Of a stretch of DNA of 64,000 nucleotides, positions 1-10,270 are shown in pieces. The notes under the pieces were generated by a model. It was not told where the DNA came from and searched no databases. It saw only the letters and a program-made list of their open reading frames with translations. Position 1 is the first letter of the stretch, and the number at the start of each line of letters is the position of its first letter. This DNA comes from a virus. The DNA is taken from positions 96,001-160,000 of IMG/VR virus record IMGVR_UViG_3300037225_000932. One strand, 5' to 3'. The position numbers and the translations under genes were made by a program.

Positions 1-1
1 T

Positions 2-383
2 GAAACAGAAGATTATCCAGAGGAAAATTTTTCGCAAAAAATAAGATTATGGTTAGATGATGAACGTGATCCTAAGAATCCAGAAATACAAAGGTTATAT
101 GGAGCCGCAGGAAATGAAATATGGGTAAAAACTGCACCAGAAGCAATAAACTATTTAAACACTAAAAATGTAAAATATATTTCATTAGATCATGATTTGG
201 GTAATTTGCCAGGAGTAGGATCTGGATATGATGTGGCGAAATATATTGAAAAAAAATGCTTTCTTAAACGAAATATCACGATTAGAATGGAGAGTTCATA
301 GTCAAAATCCTAGTGGAGCAAGAAATATGATTTTGGCTTTACAGAATGCTAATAGATATTGGGACAAAAATGAACTGGTATAA
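2..383 (+). CDS. 5'-partial cyclic-phosphate-processing receiver-like domain protein, with a frameshift at the A8 run (249-256)
   Basis: Frame 2 reads IRLWLDDERDP...WVKT..EAI...ISLDHDLG...GYDVAKYIE. Frame 3 continues LEWRVHSQNPSGARNM to TAA at 383. Removing one A restores a continuous ORF. Confidence 0.7.
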
Positions 384-2790
384 ATTATATAGTGTAGAAT
401 ATTTTCTTAAATTAGCAGCAAAAATTGCTGACATAAACGAATTAAAAGCGTGGAACGACTCTTTCTCTCTATCTCCTAATGACAACAAGTTGATGCCACT
501 TAGAAATATTCTTGGTAATATAATAAAACACTTAAATGAAGCTTCTTATATTTTTAAGGTTGGAGTAAGAAGTCCTGATCCGACAATTTCTCAAAAAGCA
601 GCAGAAATCTTTCCTGATATAGCTAATATAGAAACTCTTCATAATACCATAAAAACTACACAGTCTTTATTAAATAGGTTAGAAAATAAAAACACTCCTA
701 TATTCCAAGTTATTTACAATATGCTCTATGCTATTTCTAATATGAATTTTAGTATAGAACAAAAAGAACAATTTAGACAAATTGCTTCTGGAAGTTCACA
801 ATCGGCCCCCGAGTTTGCTGATGAAGTAAATGCTGACAGAATGAATAGATTTTTACAATCTTCTATTTATTCCACAAGAGATGCTTCGGCAAGATCTCTA
901 AGGGTTATTAGAGAAGTTTTACAAAATTCAGCAGATGCCGTTATGAAACAAAGGGGATTAGATCCAACTAATCAGGTTAGAATTGACATATATACAGTTC
1001 CCAATCAAGATAATACTACTATGGATTTAGTAGTATCAGATAGTGGAACTGGTATGGACTGGAATACTCTTTCCAGAAAATTCTTTGTTTATTTTGAAAG
1101 TGGAAAACAAGAAGATGTAGAAGCCGCTGGTGGCTTTGGTATAGCTAAGGCTTTAATTCAAGAGGTTCCACAAGAAGGTTGGTCTATAGACACTAGTGGA
1201 ATACATTCAAGTAAATTTCATAAAAATATGTACATGGGAACACCTAAATCCGTTCAATACTCTGCTCCCCCTTCGATTGTTCAAAGCGGAAAAGGAACAA
1301 CCTTGACTCTCTATGCTATACCTTTTGTTTATAACTCTTCTATATTAGATTTAGCAAACAAATATGCTACAAATGGTATATTAAAAATATCAGTAAATAA
1401 AGAACCGGCTCAACCTACATTTTTATTAACTCAGCTAAAGCCTATAGGTGGAGGATTTAGTGGATTGTCTGATGAAATAAGCGAAACTCAATCAGAAAAA
1501 GATGTAGCAAATGGAGTTTTATTACTTAGTGAAGAAGGTTTACTACCAGAAAAAGGGAGATTAGATTTTAACGAAGAGGGGACAAAAACATCAGTTCAGT
1601 TCTTTTGTAAAAAAACTAGTTATTCTGGAAGATTTTATGTATTCTTAAATAATCAATATCAATTTGATAGAAACTATATTCCAAAAGCAAATATAATATG
1701 TAATATAATGACTAATACTCGTCCGGGAACTGAATTGTATCCAGTTGATCCTGGTAGAGAAAATCTTAGAGAACCATATAAAACTCAAATAGAAGAAATA
1801 GAAAACAAATTAGAAGAAACTTTAAAAAAAATATCTGAACATATGTTATTCAAAGACGGTTTAAATATTGTTATGTTAAATCAAAATGCCGTTCCAATGT
1901 CAACTGGAGAATCAGAACAGCACGAAGGAGAAGAAGGAACTGGTCTTCGTAAAGCAATAGAGGAAGCTCAACAAAGTGTTTTTGTTGAAGGTCTATTTGG
2001 ATCTCCTCAAGAACAAATATCTAAGATACTAAATAAATCATTAGAAAATATAGAATTAGAACCTGAGCAAACTCAAGTATTACAATCCATAATAGATACT
2101 ATACAATATGAAGATGACGAAAGAATAGATGTTAAAGATAAGATTGGAGAAATTATTGATGGATTAATAACTCCAGCCGCAATAACAGTTCAAAAAAACT
2201 TCGTATCTGCTGATATAGTTAGAGCAAGAGCTAATCTTACTTCTAATATGATGATATTATGGCAAAGAGTATTAAAGATAATAACAGCAAAGATATCTCA
2301 TAGTAGTTTTAAGAGATATGGAAGTAAAAAGTTTATTCCTGGCATTATTTTTTCAGATGAAGCTTTAGCTTTATATATGCCACCCAAAGAAGGACTTAAA
2401 CACCATGCTGTTATGGTAAATCCCATTGTGATGGCCTCTTTAATTGATCCTGATCTATTTAATAAAATCTTAGGAGACCAAGCTGGTTCGGGACAAAAAG
2501 CAATAAAAGAAAGTGGATCGTCAAACTATGCTAGTGAAACTCCAACAAATAAATTGACGGTTTTCTTGTTTCATATAGCCATTCACGAACTGGTTCATTT
2601 AATGTTTCCAGATAGTTATGGATATGATGAGTTTCATTCATATATATCAAAAATGGAAGCTATTTGTCATTTTGACTTTACGAAAGTAAGAGATGTGGTT
2701 AAAGATTTCATGCCAAGAGTAAAAAGAGATGCGCAAAAACTCATAAGAGCAATAGGTAAAGATAAGAGAAAACGATTAAAAAATCAGTAA
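370..2790 (+). CDS. GHKL (Hsp90/MORC-like) ATPase fused to a C-terminal HExxH zincin-like domain
   Basis: Motifs REVLQNSADA, VSDSGTGMD, GGFGIAK, GKGTTL and a C-terminal HIAIHELVH. Start placed at MNWYK (370), overlapping the end of the upstream gene. Confidence 0.75.
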   Translation: MNWYKLYSVEYFLKLAAKIADINELKAWNDSFSLSPNDNKLMPLRNILGNIIKHLNEASYIFKVGVRSPDPTISQKAAEIFPDIANIETLHNTIKTTQSLLNRLENKNTPIFQVIYNMLYAISNMNFSIEQKEQFRQIASGSSQSAPEFADEVNADRMNRFLQSSIYSTRDASARSLRVIREVLQNSADAVMKQRGLDPTNQVRIDIYTVPNQDNTTMDLVVSDSGTGMDWNTLSRKFFVYFESGKQEDVEAAGGFGIAKALIQEVPQEGWSIDTSGIHSSKFHKNMYMGTPKSVQYSAPPSIVQSGKGTTLTLYAIPFVYNSSILDLANKYATNGILKISVNKEPAQPTFLLTQLKPIGGGFSGLSDEISETQSEKDVANGVLLLSEEGLLPEKGRLDFNEEGTKTSVQFFCKKTSYSGRFYVFLNNQYQFDRNYIPKANIICNIMTNTRPGTELYPVDPGRENLREPYKTQIEEIENKLEETLKKISEHMLFKDGLNIVMLNQNAVPMSTGESEQHEGEEGTGLRKAIEEAQQSVFVEGLFGSPQEQISKILNKSLENIELEPEQTQVLQSIIDTIQYEDDERIDVKDKIGEIIDGLITPAAITVQKNFVSADIVRARANLTSNMMILWQRVLKIITAKISHSSFKRYGSKKFIPGIIFSDEALALYMPPKEGLKHHAVMVNPIVMASLIDPDLFNKILGDQAGSGQKAIKESGSSNYASETPTNKLTVFLFHIAIHELVHLMFPDSYGYDEFHSYISKMEAICHFDFTKVRDVVKDFMPRVKRDAQKLIRAIGKDKRKRLKNQ

Positions 2791-2895
2791 TAAAATTATC
2801 ATATCTAGTTTTTTTAAGTATTTAATTTTCATAAAAAAAAAGAGTCATAATCAAGATGATTATGACTCAATAAGTTATTTTTTAATATAATAGTA

Positions 2896-3393
2896 TTAAG
2901 TTCCTTTTGTTAGTGTTACTGAGTTACGATTTCCAAAGGTATCTACATTTGCTACTATTCTTGGAGTATTAACTCCTGCTCCATTTATAGTAACAGTATT
3001 TCCATTAGCTCCAGCTAAAGTCCCTAGCACTGCTGCTGAAATTAAACGTAATGCCTGTGCGGGTGTCAGTCCTGATTCAATTAGATCTGTTATATTCCAT
3101 ATATCATCTGTATAAATTATTATTGGATCAATAGAAACTCCAAGAGTTGTAGATGTAGAAGATACGGCTATGGCATTAGCATTAGTCTCTGCCGCTAAAA
3201 GATTATATACATATAATCCTTTTTGGTTTGTTGCATCTATTTCAGTAGGATGAGTTTGATTAGTTGGGCTTGAAGACCCCGCATCCAGGGTTATTTGTGA
3301 AGTTATATTAGCAGCATCTCCTGTTTTTGGAGAACCAGAAGCATCGGTTGCATATATTATTAGTTTTTGTGCTTTATTTTTGTAAAAAGACAT
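2896..3393 (-). CDS. Hypothetical protein, possibly virion-associated
   Basis: 165-aa Thr/Ala/Asn-rich ORF immediately downstream of the SGNH gene. Confidence 0.55.
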   Translation of the reverse strand: MSFYKNKAQKLIIYATDASGSPKTGDAANITSQITLDAGSSSPTNQTHPTEIDATNQKGLYVYNLLAAETNANAIAVSSTSTTLGVSIDPIIIYTDDIWNITDLIESGLTPAQALRLISAAVLGTLAGANGNTVTINGAGVNTPRIVANVDTFGNRNSVTLTKGT

Positions 3394-3394
3394 A

Positions 3395-5200
3395 TTATAC
3401 TCCTGAAGTTATAAGTTTTGTTTTAGGACGTAAATTATTTCCGCCTATAATGGCTCTTGCGATCAGCTTGGCGTTAAGCATCGAGCCGTATGGCGTCCAG
3501 TGCGTCCCGTCGATGGTGTGCACACCCCAAGAACGCCAGTAACGTGTAACACCCCCAGGAACGCCTACGTCTGATGGGGGTGCGTGACCGGTGGACGCCA
3601 CTTGGCATTGCCAGAGGTATGACATACCGAAGGGATTGAGTGGCGACTGGCAAATATCACCCACCGAATATGCAGTCCCGGCATTATACATCATGCTCGC
3701 CCAGTACGTCCCATTTGCGGGAGTTTTCCCCGCATCCGATGCGTGCTGGGAGATGCACTTGTAATAGATGCCATCCGTCCACAGAACAATATCAGGCACC
3801 TTGTACGGGATATATAGCGGGGATGTAGTGTAAGCCGGATCCCATGCACCACGCCGAATCCAGTTAGCCGTGTTATCTTCGCATGACGCGTTCCAACCCA
3901 GACGGTTTTGCATTGATCTTAGATTGATGAAGACGCCGCCTGTTGCAGCAGCAATTGTCTGGAGCACACCCGCATACTGCTTAGCATACCCATCATTAGT
4001 GGCATAGCCTGTCTCTTGCTGATTCGCTCGATACGAGACACCCACAAAAATTGGAAACGCATTGGGGCAGGCCCGGAGGATTTCTCCCGCCAACCCATAA
4101 ATATCTCTACCACCAACGCCGGTGTGCATACCGCTGGGATTCCACGTGTCAGTCATATACTTATCTGGTGTTCGGCCATCGTAAGCATCGTTTAACCCCA
4201 TCATAAAAATGATGATACGAGGGTTAAGCGTCTTAATAAACGGCTGACACTGGCCATTGAAGTACGCAGATGAATCGCCAGGAGAGCCAAACCAAGACCA
4301 TGTTCCATATCCACCAGCCGATATACAATAGGCACTCATACCCACCGGATTGGCGTTCAGGTAACGTCGTAAGGCAATTACGCTGTACTTGCCCATGTGT
4401 GTATTGCCGAGCGTGTCGAGGGTATAGGCGTGGTTACTAACCGCAGACTTAGGAAACGGGCCAAGGATGAGGTTCCGCTGCCAGTTGGGCGAACCTGGAA
4501 TATCCGTGCCAGAACAGTCAATGGGAAAGTCGGCCGACGCCAGGGTCACTCCAGTCACGTCGGTTGTATCATCACTATAGCTGACCGCCTCTCTCCAGAG
4601 TCGCAAACTCGTATCCCCTAGGGGTTGCTTAAGAATCATGACCTCCATATACCGACCATCGTCGGGGAAGATTCCTGAAGGCACACCCATCGGCCCACCA
4701 CCATAATTCTCCATATGCTGTTGGAGAATCGAATTCGGAAGCGAAAAACTTTCCCCACCTAAATTGTCACCTCCCTGACCGGGTGCATCTAGAGAGTATC
4801 TCAGAGTTGAGGCAATCTGACCGGTTACCCACGGTGGAATCTGGTTGGTGGTACCATTGCTCTGAACAATGTTGCCAGTCCCAGTCAAGCCCGCACTTAT
4901 GGGTGCATTTCGCCGCACCATGCAACTCTGATTTTCGGATCCGACGGTACAGAACCACGGCGTTGCTGGTAAGTTACCGAAGAACTCAGCCAATAACAAA
5001 TTTAAATAATGAATAAAAAATCTTCCACCACCACCAGTAGGAGTAGTTGTAGAATCTCCCACTATCATAATATCCATTTGGCCTTGACTTAAACTAGTTT
5101 TCGCCGCTGCTTCTCTGACTAGACCAGATAATTTTCTTCTAGGGACAGATCCTTCTTCCGGCCAAATATCAGGCAAAGTATCATATGTAGCATATGTCAA
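3395..5200 (-). CDS. SGNH/GDSL hydrolase with inserted CBM5/12-like repeats (possible virion esterase)
   Basis: Blocks GDSTT, GLNDA and DGTHW. Two Y.VGD/Y.VPD...Y.C...W repeats. Strong GGAGG RBS. Confidence 0.7.
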   Translation of the reverse strand: MTYATYDTLPDIWPEEGSVPRRKLSGLVREAAAKTSLSQGQMDIMIVGDSTTTPTGGGGRFFIHYLNLLLAEFFGNLPATPWFCTVGSENQSCMVRRNAPISAGLTGTGNIVQSNGTTNQIPPWVTGQIASTLRYSLDAPGQGGDNLGGESFSLPNSILQQHMENYGGGPMGVPSGIFPDDGRYMEVMILKQPLGDTSLRLWREAVSYSDDTTDVTGVTLASADFPIDCSGTDIPGSPNWQRNLILGPFPKSAVSNHAYTLDTLGNTHMGKYSVIALRRYLNANPVGMSAYCISAGGYGTWSWFGSPGDSSAYFNGQCQPFIKTLNPRIIIFMMGLNDAYDGRTPDKYMTDTWNPSGMHTGVGGRDIYGLAGEILRACPNAFPIFVGVSYRANQQETGYATNDGYAKQYAGVLQTIAAATGGVFINLRSMQNRLGWNASCEDNTANWIRRGAWDPAYTTSPLYIPYKVPDIVLWTDGIYYKCISQHASDAGKTPANGTYWASMMYNAGTAYSVGDICQSPLNPFGMSYLWQCQVASTGHAPPSDVGVPGGVTRYWRSWGVHTIDGTHWTPYGSMLNAKLIARAIIGGNNLRPKTKLITSGV

Positions 5201-5301
5201 GATATCACCTCCATATTAAAATATCTATAATAAGATTTCAAAATAATTAGATACTTCCCTTTTCAAATAAATAAATATTTTTATTTTTTATATAAAAAAT
5301 A

Positions 5302-5796
5302 TTAAACTACAAGATACCAATTTTTTCCATTTCTAACAACAGAAATAGGTATTCCATAACACGATATTTCTACAAAGTTACTAAATTGTGTTATTGTATT
5401 TTGGTGAGCTAATATTTCTCCATTAGAATTTATAGCTAAAGGAAGACCAGCAAAAATAGAAGAATAAGTTTTATTTGGAATAGCATTTCCGTTTCCTGTA
5501 GCGAAATTTATTTTATTTCTAGAGCTTTTTGTTAAGACGGAAAACCAATATCCATTAAAACTTAAAGCCTTTCCTTGATCTGTATATCCGCTTTCAGATA
5601 CAACTTCTAAACAGTAATAATAAGTTCCTGTTCTAGATACAGTTAAGGGTATTCCTCCTAAAAATAGTTTATCAGAACTTTGCGAAACCGAATTAACATA
5701 ATACAGGAATGGAGAATAAGTATCTTTATGTGAGCTGGTTTTTAAATTTGCTCTAATAAAATTATTGCCAAAAGGTATATTTCTATTAATTGTCAT
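5302..5796 (-). CDS. Hypothetical protein with internal GIP/GLP repeats
   Basis: ORF; start reassigned to MTINRN to avoid overlapping the divergent promoter region. Confidence 0.55.
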   Translation of the reverse strand: MTINRNIPFGNNFIRANLKTSSHKDTYSPFLYYVNSVSQSSDKLFLGGIPLTVSRTGTYYYCLEVVSESGYTDQGKALSFNGYWFSVLTKSSRNKINFATGNGNAIPNKTYSSIFAGLPLAINSNGEILAHQNTITQFSNFVEISCYGIPISVVRNGKNWYLVV

Positions 5797-5958
5797 AAAA
5801 TTCTTTCTAATAAAATATAATATTTTCCTCTTTATTTTTGCGCAAAAAATACAAAAGGTTTTTGACTTTTGCTCACTAATAGTATATAATATGTTGTCAA
5901 CCGTCTTTAATTTAACCAATAGGCTCTCAGACGGTGAGCCGTAAAAGGAGATCATGTC

Positions 5959-6825
5959 ATGGTATATTTAGAGAAATTTGTAACTGTAGTAGTTTCTAAA
6001 AATGGTAAATTCCTTAGAGAAATTAAGGATAACGGTTCAGATACCGTTCAATTGCCATTTGGCTCAGAATTCGCTTTAAAGTTTAAGAACCTCAATTCAA
6101 CTCGGGCTGCTATTTCTGTTGAAATTGATGGTCAAGATGTTCTTAATGGAACAAAATTAGTAATTTCACCTGGTGAAACTGGTGATCTTTTAGGTTTTAT
6201 GAAAGGTAATAATGTTACTAATGCTTTTAAATTTATTAAGAAAACACAAGAAATATCTGAACATAGAGGAGATCGAATTGATGATGGTATTATTCGTATA
6301 GAATATCAATTTGAAAAACCTCCAGTTGTAACTTATCCTCAACCAAGACCATATCCCGTTCCATACCCCGTTCCATACCCAGTTCCCTATCCTCGTATTC
6401 CCCCTATTTCTCCTTGGAGAAGAAGAGAGTGGGATGATGATTTTTATGATCAGCCTAAATATAAAAAAATTGAATTTTTCTGTCAATCCAATCAAGAAGG
6501 TATATCTTGTAGCACAAATAATATAAAATATACTTCTAATATAACAAGGTCTACTACTCCTCCAACCTCTTCGCTTCCTTCTTCACTTGAAGATGGAATA
6601 ACAGTTAAAGGATCTCAAACTAATCAAAACTTTTATTCTACTTATCTCGGAGAAATGGAAGAGGCAACACATGTAATTGTAATCAACCTAAAAGGATATA
6701 ACTCAAAACATGTTGAAGTTAAAAAGCCATTAATTACACATATGAAAATTAGATGCGATACTTGCGGAAGAGAATTTAAATCAGTAAATAAATTTTGTCC
6801 TAATTGTGGCACTTGTTTAGTTTGA
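5959..6825 (+). CDS. Hypothetical protein with a PYPV repeat linker and C-terminal zinc ribbon
   Basis: AAGGAG RBS; (PYPV)n tract; CDTC...CPNC at the C-terminus. Confidence 0.7.
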   Translation: MVYLEKFVTVVVSKNGKFLREIKDNGSDTVQLPFGSEFALKFKNLNSTRAAISVEIDGQDVLNGTKLVISPGETGDLLGFMKGNNVTNAFKFIKKTQEISEHRGDRIDDGIIRIEYQFEKPPVVTYPQPRPYPVPYPVPYPVPYPRIPPISPWRRREWDDDFYDQPKYKKIEFFCQSNQEGISCSTNNIKYTSNITRSTTPPTSSLPSSLEDGITVKGSQTNQNFYSTYLGEMEEATHVIVINLKGYNSKHVEVKKPLITHMKIRCDTCGREFKSVNKFCPNCGTCLV

Positions 6826-6848
6826 TTAAATTTTTTCGCAAAAATAAA

Positions 6849-6877
6849 AAAACCACTCTTTTTGGGGTGGTTTTTTT
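6849..6877 (+). terminator. Intrinsic terminator, probably bidirectional
   Basis: AAAACCACTC-TTTT-GGGGTGGTTTTTTT hairpin flanked by A and T runs. Confidence 0.7.
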
Positions 6878-6916
6878 ATTTTATTTTCTCGATATAATAT
6901 AAAAAGGAGAAAACAT

Positions 6917-7510
6917 ATGAGTGAACATAAAATTGCTAATCAAAAAGTAGAGACAACAACAGGTAGTGAACCAATTAATTTAGGACCAGGCACTCCTAAT
7001 TTAGAAAAAGATGTTAATGGACAATATAAAGATTATTGGATTCTTTCTAAAGAAGAAAGACTTAAAGGTTTCATACAGCCAGTAAGAACAAAATATATAC
7101 ATCTTAAATGTGGTTGTGTAACTGTAATGGGATTAAAACTTTCAGAAACATATGCTCGAAATCCCATATTTTATGGTGCAACATTTTGTTCTAACTGTGG
7201 CGAACATTATCCGGTTGGAGAAAATGGAGAATTTGTATGGATAGAGCCTGATGGAAGAGAAATAGGACAAAAAGTTGGAACTTTTGGAGACAAAAAAGTA
7301 AATATTAAAATAAATGAAGAACCATTTCAGTTAGATCCGGTTACGCGAGCTTTTTACTTAAAAGCACTAGCAGATTGTGATGGACAATATCAACTTGTTA
7401 AATTACATAATACAAATCCAGAAAAAGATGAATGGTTTAAGGATCAAGATTTTGTATATATCAATGAGGGAGATGCCTTTTTGACCGTTCCACCTGCTAA
7501 TTTTTCATAG
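6917..7510 (+). CDS. Zn-binding N-terminal domain plus probable C-terminal ubiquitin-like (multi-ubiquitin type) domain
   Basis: HLKC...CSNC motif. C-terminal IKINEE...YQLVK...EGDAFLTVPPANFS resembles beta-grasp multi-ubiquitin domains. Confidence 0.5.
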   Translation: MSEHKIANQKVETTTGSEPINLGPGTPNLEKDVNGQYKDYWILSKEERLKGFIQPVRTKYIHLKCGCVTVMGLKLSETYARNPIFYGATFCSNCGEHYPVGENGEFVWIEPDGREIGQKVGTFGDKKVNIKINEEPFQLDPVTRAFYLKALADCDGQYQLVKLHNTNPEKDEWFKDQDFVYINEGDAFLTVPPANFS

Positions 7511-7787
7511 ATCGGAAGTTATATCATCTTTGTATAATATAACTGGATCTGTATTTATATAAAATCTTATTAGATTTGGAGTTGAATTATTACTTCTAGC
7601 ATAGACTGTATAATATGCTCCATCTATAGTATTAAATCCTATTTTATGAATAGAAAATAAATTATAAGTTATACTACGAAGTATTTTTAATGTGCTTTTA
7701 TCTATTATGTCTGATACGTCGCCCATATAATATATATTCTATAGCACATAGACGAAACCTCCCAGATTTTTTTATTTTTTGCCCTTT

Positions 7788-8804
7788 TTAGATATCTAAA
7801 AATCTATTCCATACTCTTTTAGCCATTTTATTATATCTGTATAAAGAAATATTATTTAATTTGTATGTTTTAAAAGATTTTGTGCTATAAGCAAAATATA
7901 ATTTATCCACTATACTTTCGGTAGAATTTGGACTAGCATAAAATAATGGACAAACCCAATTAACTTCTGGAGAAACTACTATGGGAATATTATTATCTAC
8001 AAAGTCTGCCGCAACAATATTAAAACTCTCAGTCAAACTGACCTGTAACCCTAAATCCATACTTTTTACTAGTGAAATAAAGTCTTTAAAATTCGTCCAA
8101 TCATGTTCTACTAATTCATCTTTAGTCCCTTCAAATAATGCTTTTAGGTTATGATAAACTTGATCTCCATTTTGTTCTTTTCTGTTGCTGTTAATATGAA
8201 ATCTTAGTTTTTTATTTATTAAATTAGCAAACTCAATAGCAGCAACAGCTTGAATGAGTTGGTTTTTCATCGGCCTTATAGCTCCAAAGCAACCTATATC
8301 TATTATATTATTTAGTTTATTTATATCTTGAACGGTATCACTTTTATAAGTGGGAAAATATATGTTAGGAAGATATTCTGTTTGTATTCCTAATATTTTA
8401 CTTATATCATCAGTGAATTCACGAGTATTAGGAGATAAAGAAAAAAGATAATTATCTTTGAATAGTTTTCCATATTCTATGATCCATTTAAAAGCAATAC
8501 CTTCATTAGCTAAAAATGGAATCTTACTATGTATTCTAACATTCCATTGTCTTCCTTCATGCCTTTTTAGAGATATTATCTCATATAGTTTTTCTGGAGT
8601 AACCCATAATGCTTCTATAATTACGTGAGAAGGATTATATGAAGTTACTTCTTTATCTATACCATTACCATCTGTAACTAAAACTACTTTTGATTCTACT
8701 CCAATAGAATTTAAATAATTTGATACGAAAGTGGCTGAATTTACGAGACCAAAAGAAATACCGTAAATGTTGTTTCGGTTTTTACAAATAAATAAAATTT
8801 TCAT
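7788..8804 (-). CDS. Glycosyltransferase (GT-B, GT4-like)
   Basis: MKILFI start; FGAIRPMKNQ and SLTESFNIVAAD motifs. Confidence 0.75.
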   Translation of the reverse strand: MKILFICKNRNNIYGISFGLVNSATFVSNYLNSIGVESKVVLVTDGNGIDKEVTSYNPSHVIIEALWVTPEKLYEIISLKRHEGRQWNVRIHSKIPFLANEGIAFKWIIEYGKLFKDNYLFSLSPNTREFTDDISKILGIQTEYLPNIYFPTYKSDTVQDINKLNNIIDIGCFGAIRPMKNQLIQAVAAIEFANLINKKLRFHINSNRKEQNGDQVYHNLKALFEGTKDELVEHDWTNFKDFISLVKSMDLGLQVSLTESFNIVAADFVDNNIPIVVSPEVNWVCPLFYASPNSTESIVDKLYFAYSTKSFKTYKLNNISLYRYNKMAKRVWNRFLDI

Positions 8805-8926
8805 TTTTAGTGTCCTTGAAAATTTGACAACTATAATTAAATGGTATGATAACTTACAAATTCCCTTTGTTTATTTTGTGTTAATAACACTTATTTCTCT
8901 ATAAGGTCATAACTGAAGGGTTTTAT

Positions 8927-9700
8927 TTATATTTTTAAATTTATTCTTTTTTCTGATAATTTACAATAATTTTCTAATATATCACAACCAATAAAATTTC
9001 TATCTAAACTCAAAGATGCTACAGCAACAGTTCCTGATCCTAAAAAGGGATCAAGAACAACATCTCCTTTTTCTGTAGATATTTGTATTATCCATTCTAT
9101 AAATTCTTTTGATTTTATCGTGGGATGATATATTTCGTTTTTCTTTTGAAATACTGGATTTTCTGAAGACCAAGGATACTCTTCTCCAAACCAACAAGAA
9201 GGAAATCTTGTTTTAAATTCTGGAACAGGTTTTCTTCCTTTAGTGGGAATTACTCCTGCTTTTTTGTTTTTTAATAATTGTGTTTGTTTAAACTTAAATT
9301 TTCCTTTATGAGCAAAAATACACCAATCCGCATTGCTCTGAAAAGAACCATGTAAATCAGTTTTACCAGATGGTCTTTTTTGACAAATTAAAGGTTCTTT
9401 CATTGAAAATCCTGCTTTTTCTATTTCTTTAAAATGATGAGGATATTCGCTCCATCCTGTAAAAATAAATAAAGCAGAATTATCTTTAAGAACACGATAT
9501 GCTTCTTTTGCTAAAATATCATAGCTAAAACTTTTTTCGTCACCTACAATTTTATCATATATTTGTTTAGTATAGTTGTTTTGATAGTTTATTCCAAAAG
9601 GAGGATCAGTTATTAAAACATTTATTGAATTTGTTTCTATTTTTGATAATAACTCTAAATAATCACAATTATGAACTTTATTTAATATATTTTCGTTCAT
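8927..9700 (-). CDS. DNA N4-C/N6-A methyltransferase (beta class)
   Basis: TDPPF, HPTIK and VLDPFLGSGT motifs in beta order. Confidence 0.9.
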   Translation of the reverse strand: MNENILNKVHNCDYLELLSKIETNSINVLITDPPFGINYQNNYTKQIYDKIVGDEKSFSYDILAKEAYRVLKDNSALFIFTGWSEYPHHFKEIEKAGFSMKEPLICQKRPSGKTDLHGSFQSNADWCIFAHKGKFKFKQTQLLKNKKAGVIPTKGRKPVPEFKTRFPSCWFGEEYPWSSENPVFQKKNEIYHPTIKSKEFIEWIIQISTEKGDVVLDPFLGSGTVAVASLSLDRNFIGCDILENYCKLSEKRINLKI

Positions 9701-9702
9701 TT

Positions 9703-10173
9703 TTACTCCATAAAAATAATAAAGAAATTATTGCCTTGACCTATTTCATGTAGAGCAAATGGCTTACAAAAATCGTAAACCATATCTATTTCTTTTTTGC
9801 CCAAAAAAAAAGAATTGTCAATTATTACACAATTAGTTCGTAATCCCCTAAATTTTAAAAGATTATCCTTACTAATATTTTTACATTTTACATCTTTTAT
9901 ATTTTCTTTTTCACAAAGAGAGTTGAAAATATTACAAGATATTTTATTGGGATATAAAACAATAGTGTTAGGATTGTTTTTAACCATTTTTACTATAGCA
10001 CTTGTATGTCCTGAGTGTCTTGAGCAGCAAAGCTTTATAGTGCTAATCTCTTTTAAATAAGATTTAATGCCTAAATTCGGAAGAGAGTTAAATTGACGAG
10101 ATTTTAATTGAAGGAATTCTGAAATTTTAATTAAATTAGATAGAGACTGATATAACAAAATGCCATAATCCAT
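9703..10173 (-). CDS. Hypothetical protein, degenerate P-loop-like
   Basis: SRHSGHT and FRGL..CVIID resemble degenerate Walker A and B motifs. Confidence 0.45.
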   Translation of the reverse strand: MDYGILLYQSLSNLIKISEFLQLKSRQFNSLPNLGIKSYLKEISTIKLCCSRHSGHTSAIVKMVKNNPNTIVLYPNKISCNIFNSLCEKENIKDVKCKNISKDNLLKFRGLRTNCVIIDNSFFLGKKEIDMVYDFCKPFALHEIGQGNNFFIIFME

Positions 10174-10270
10174 AGGAACATCTCCTTTTTAAAGTTCTGA
10201 CTGGAACTAATTTATTATATCGGTAAGGTTCCGATAATACAATATTGAAATTCAAAAAAGGATATATAAA

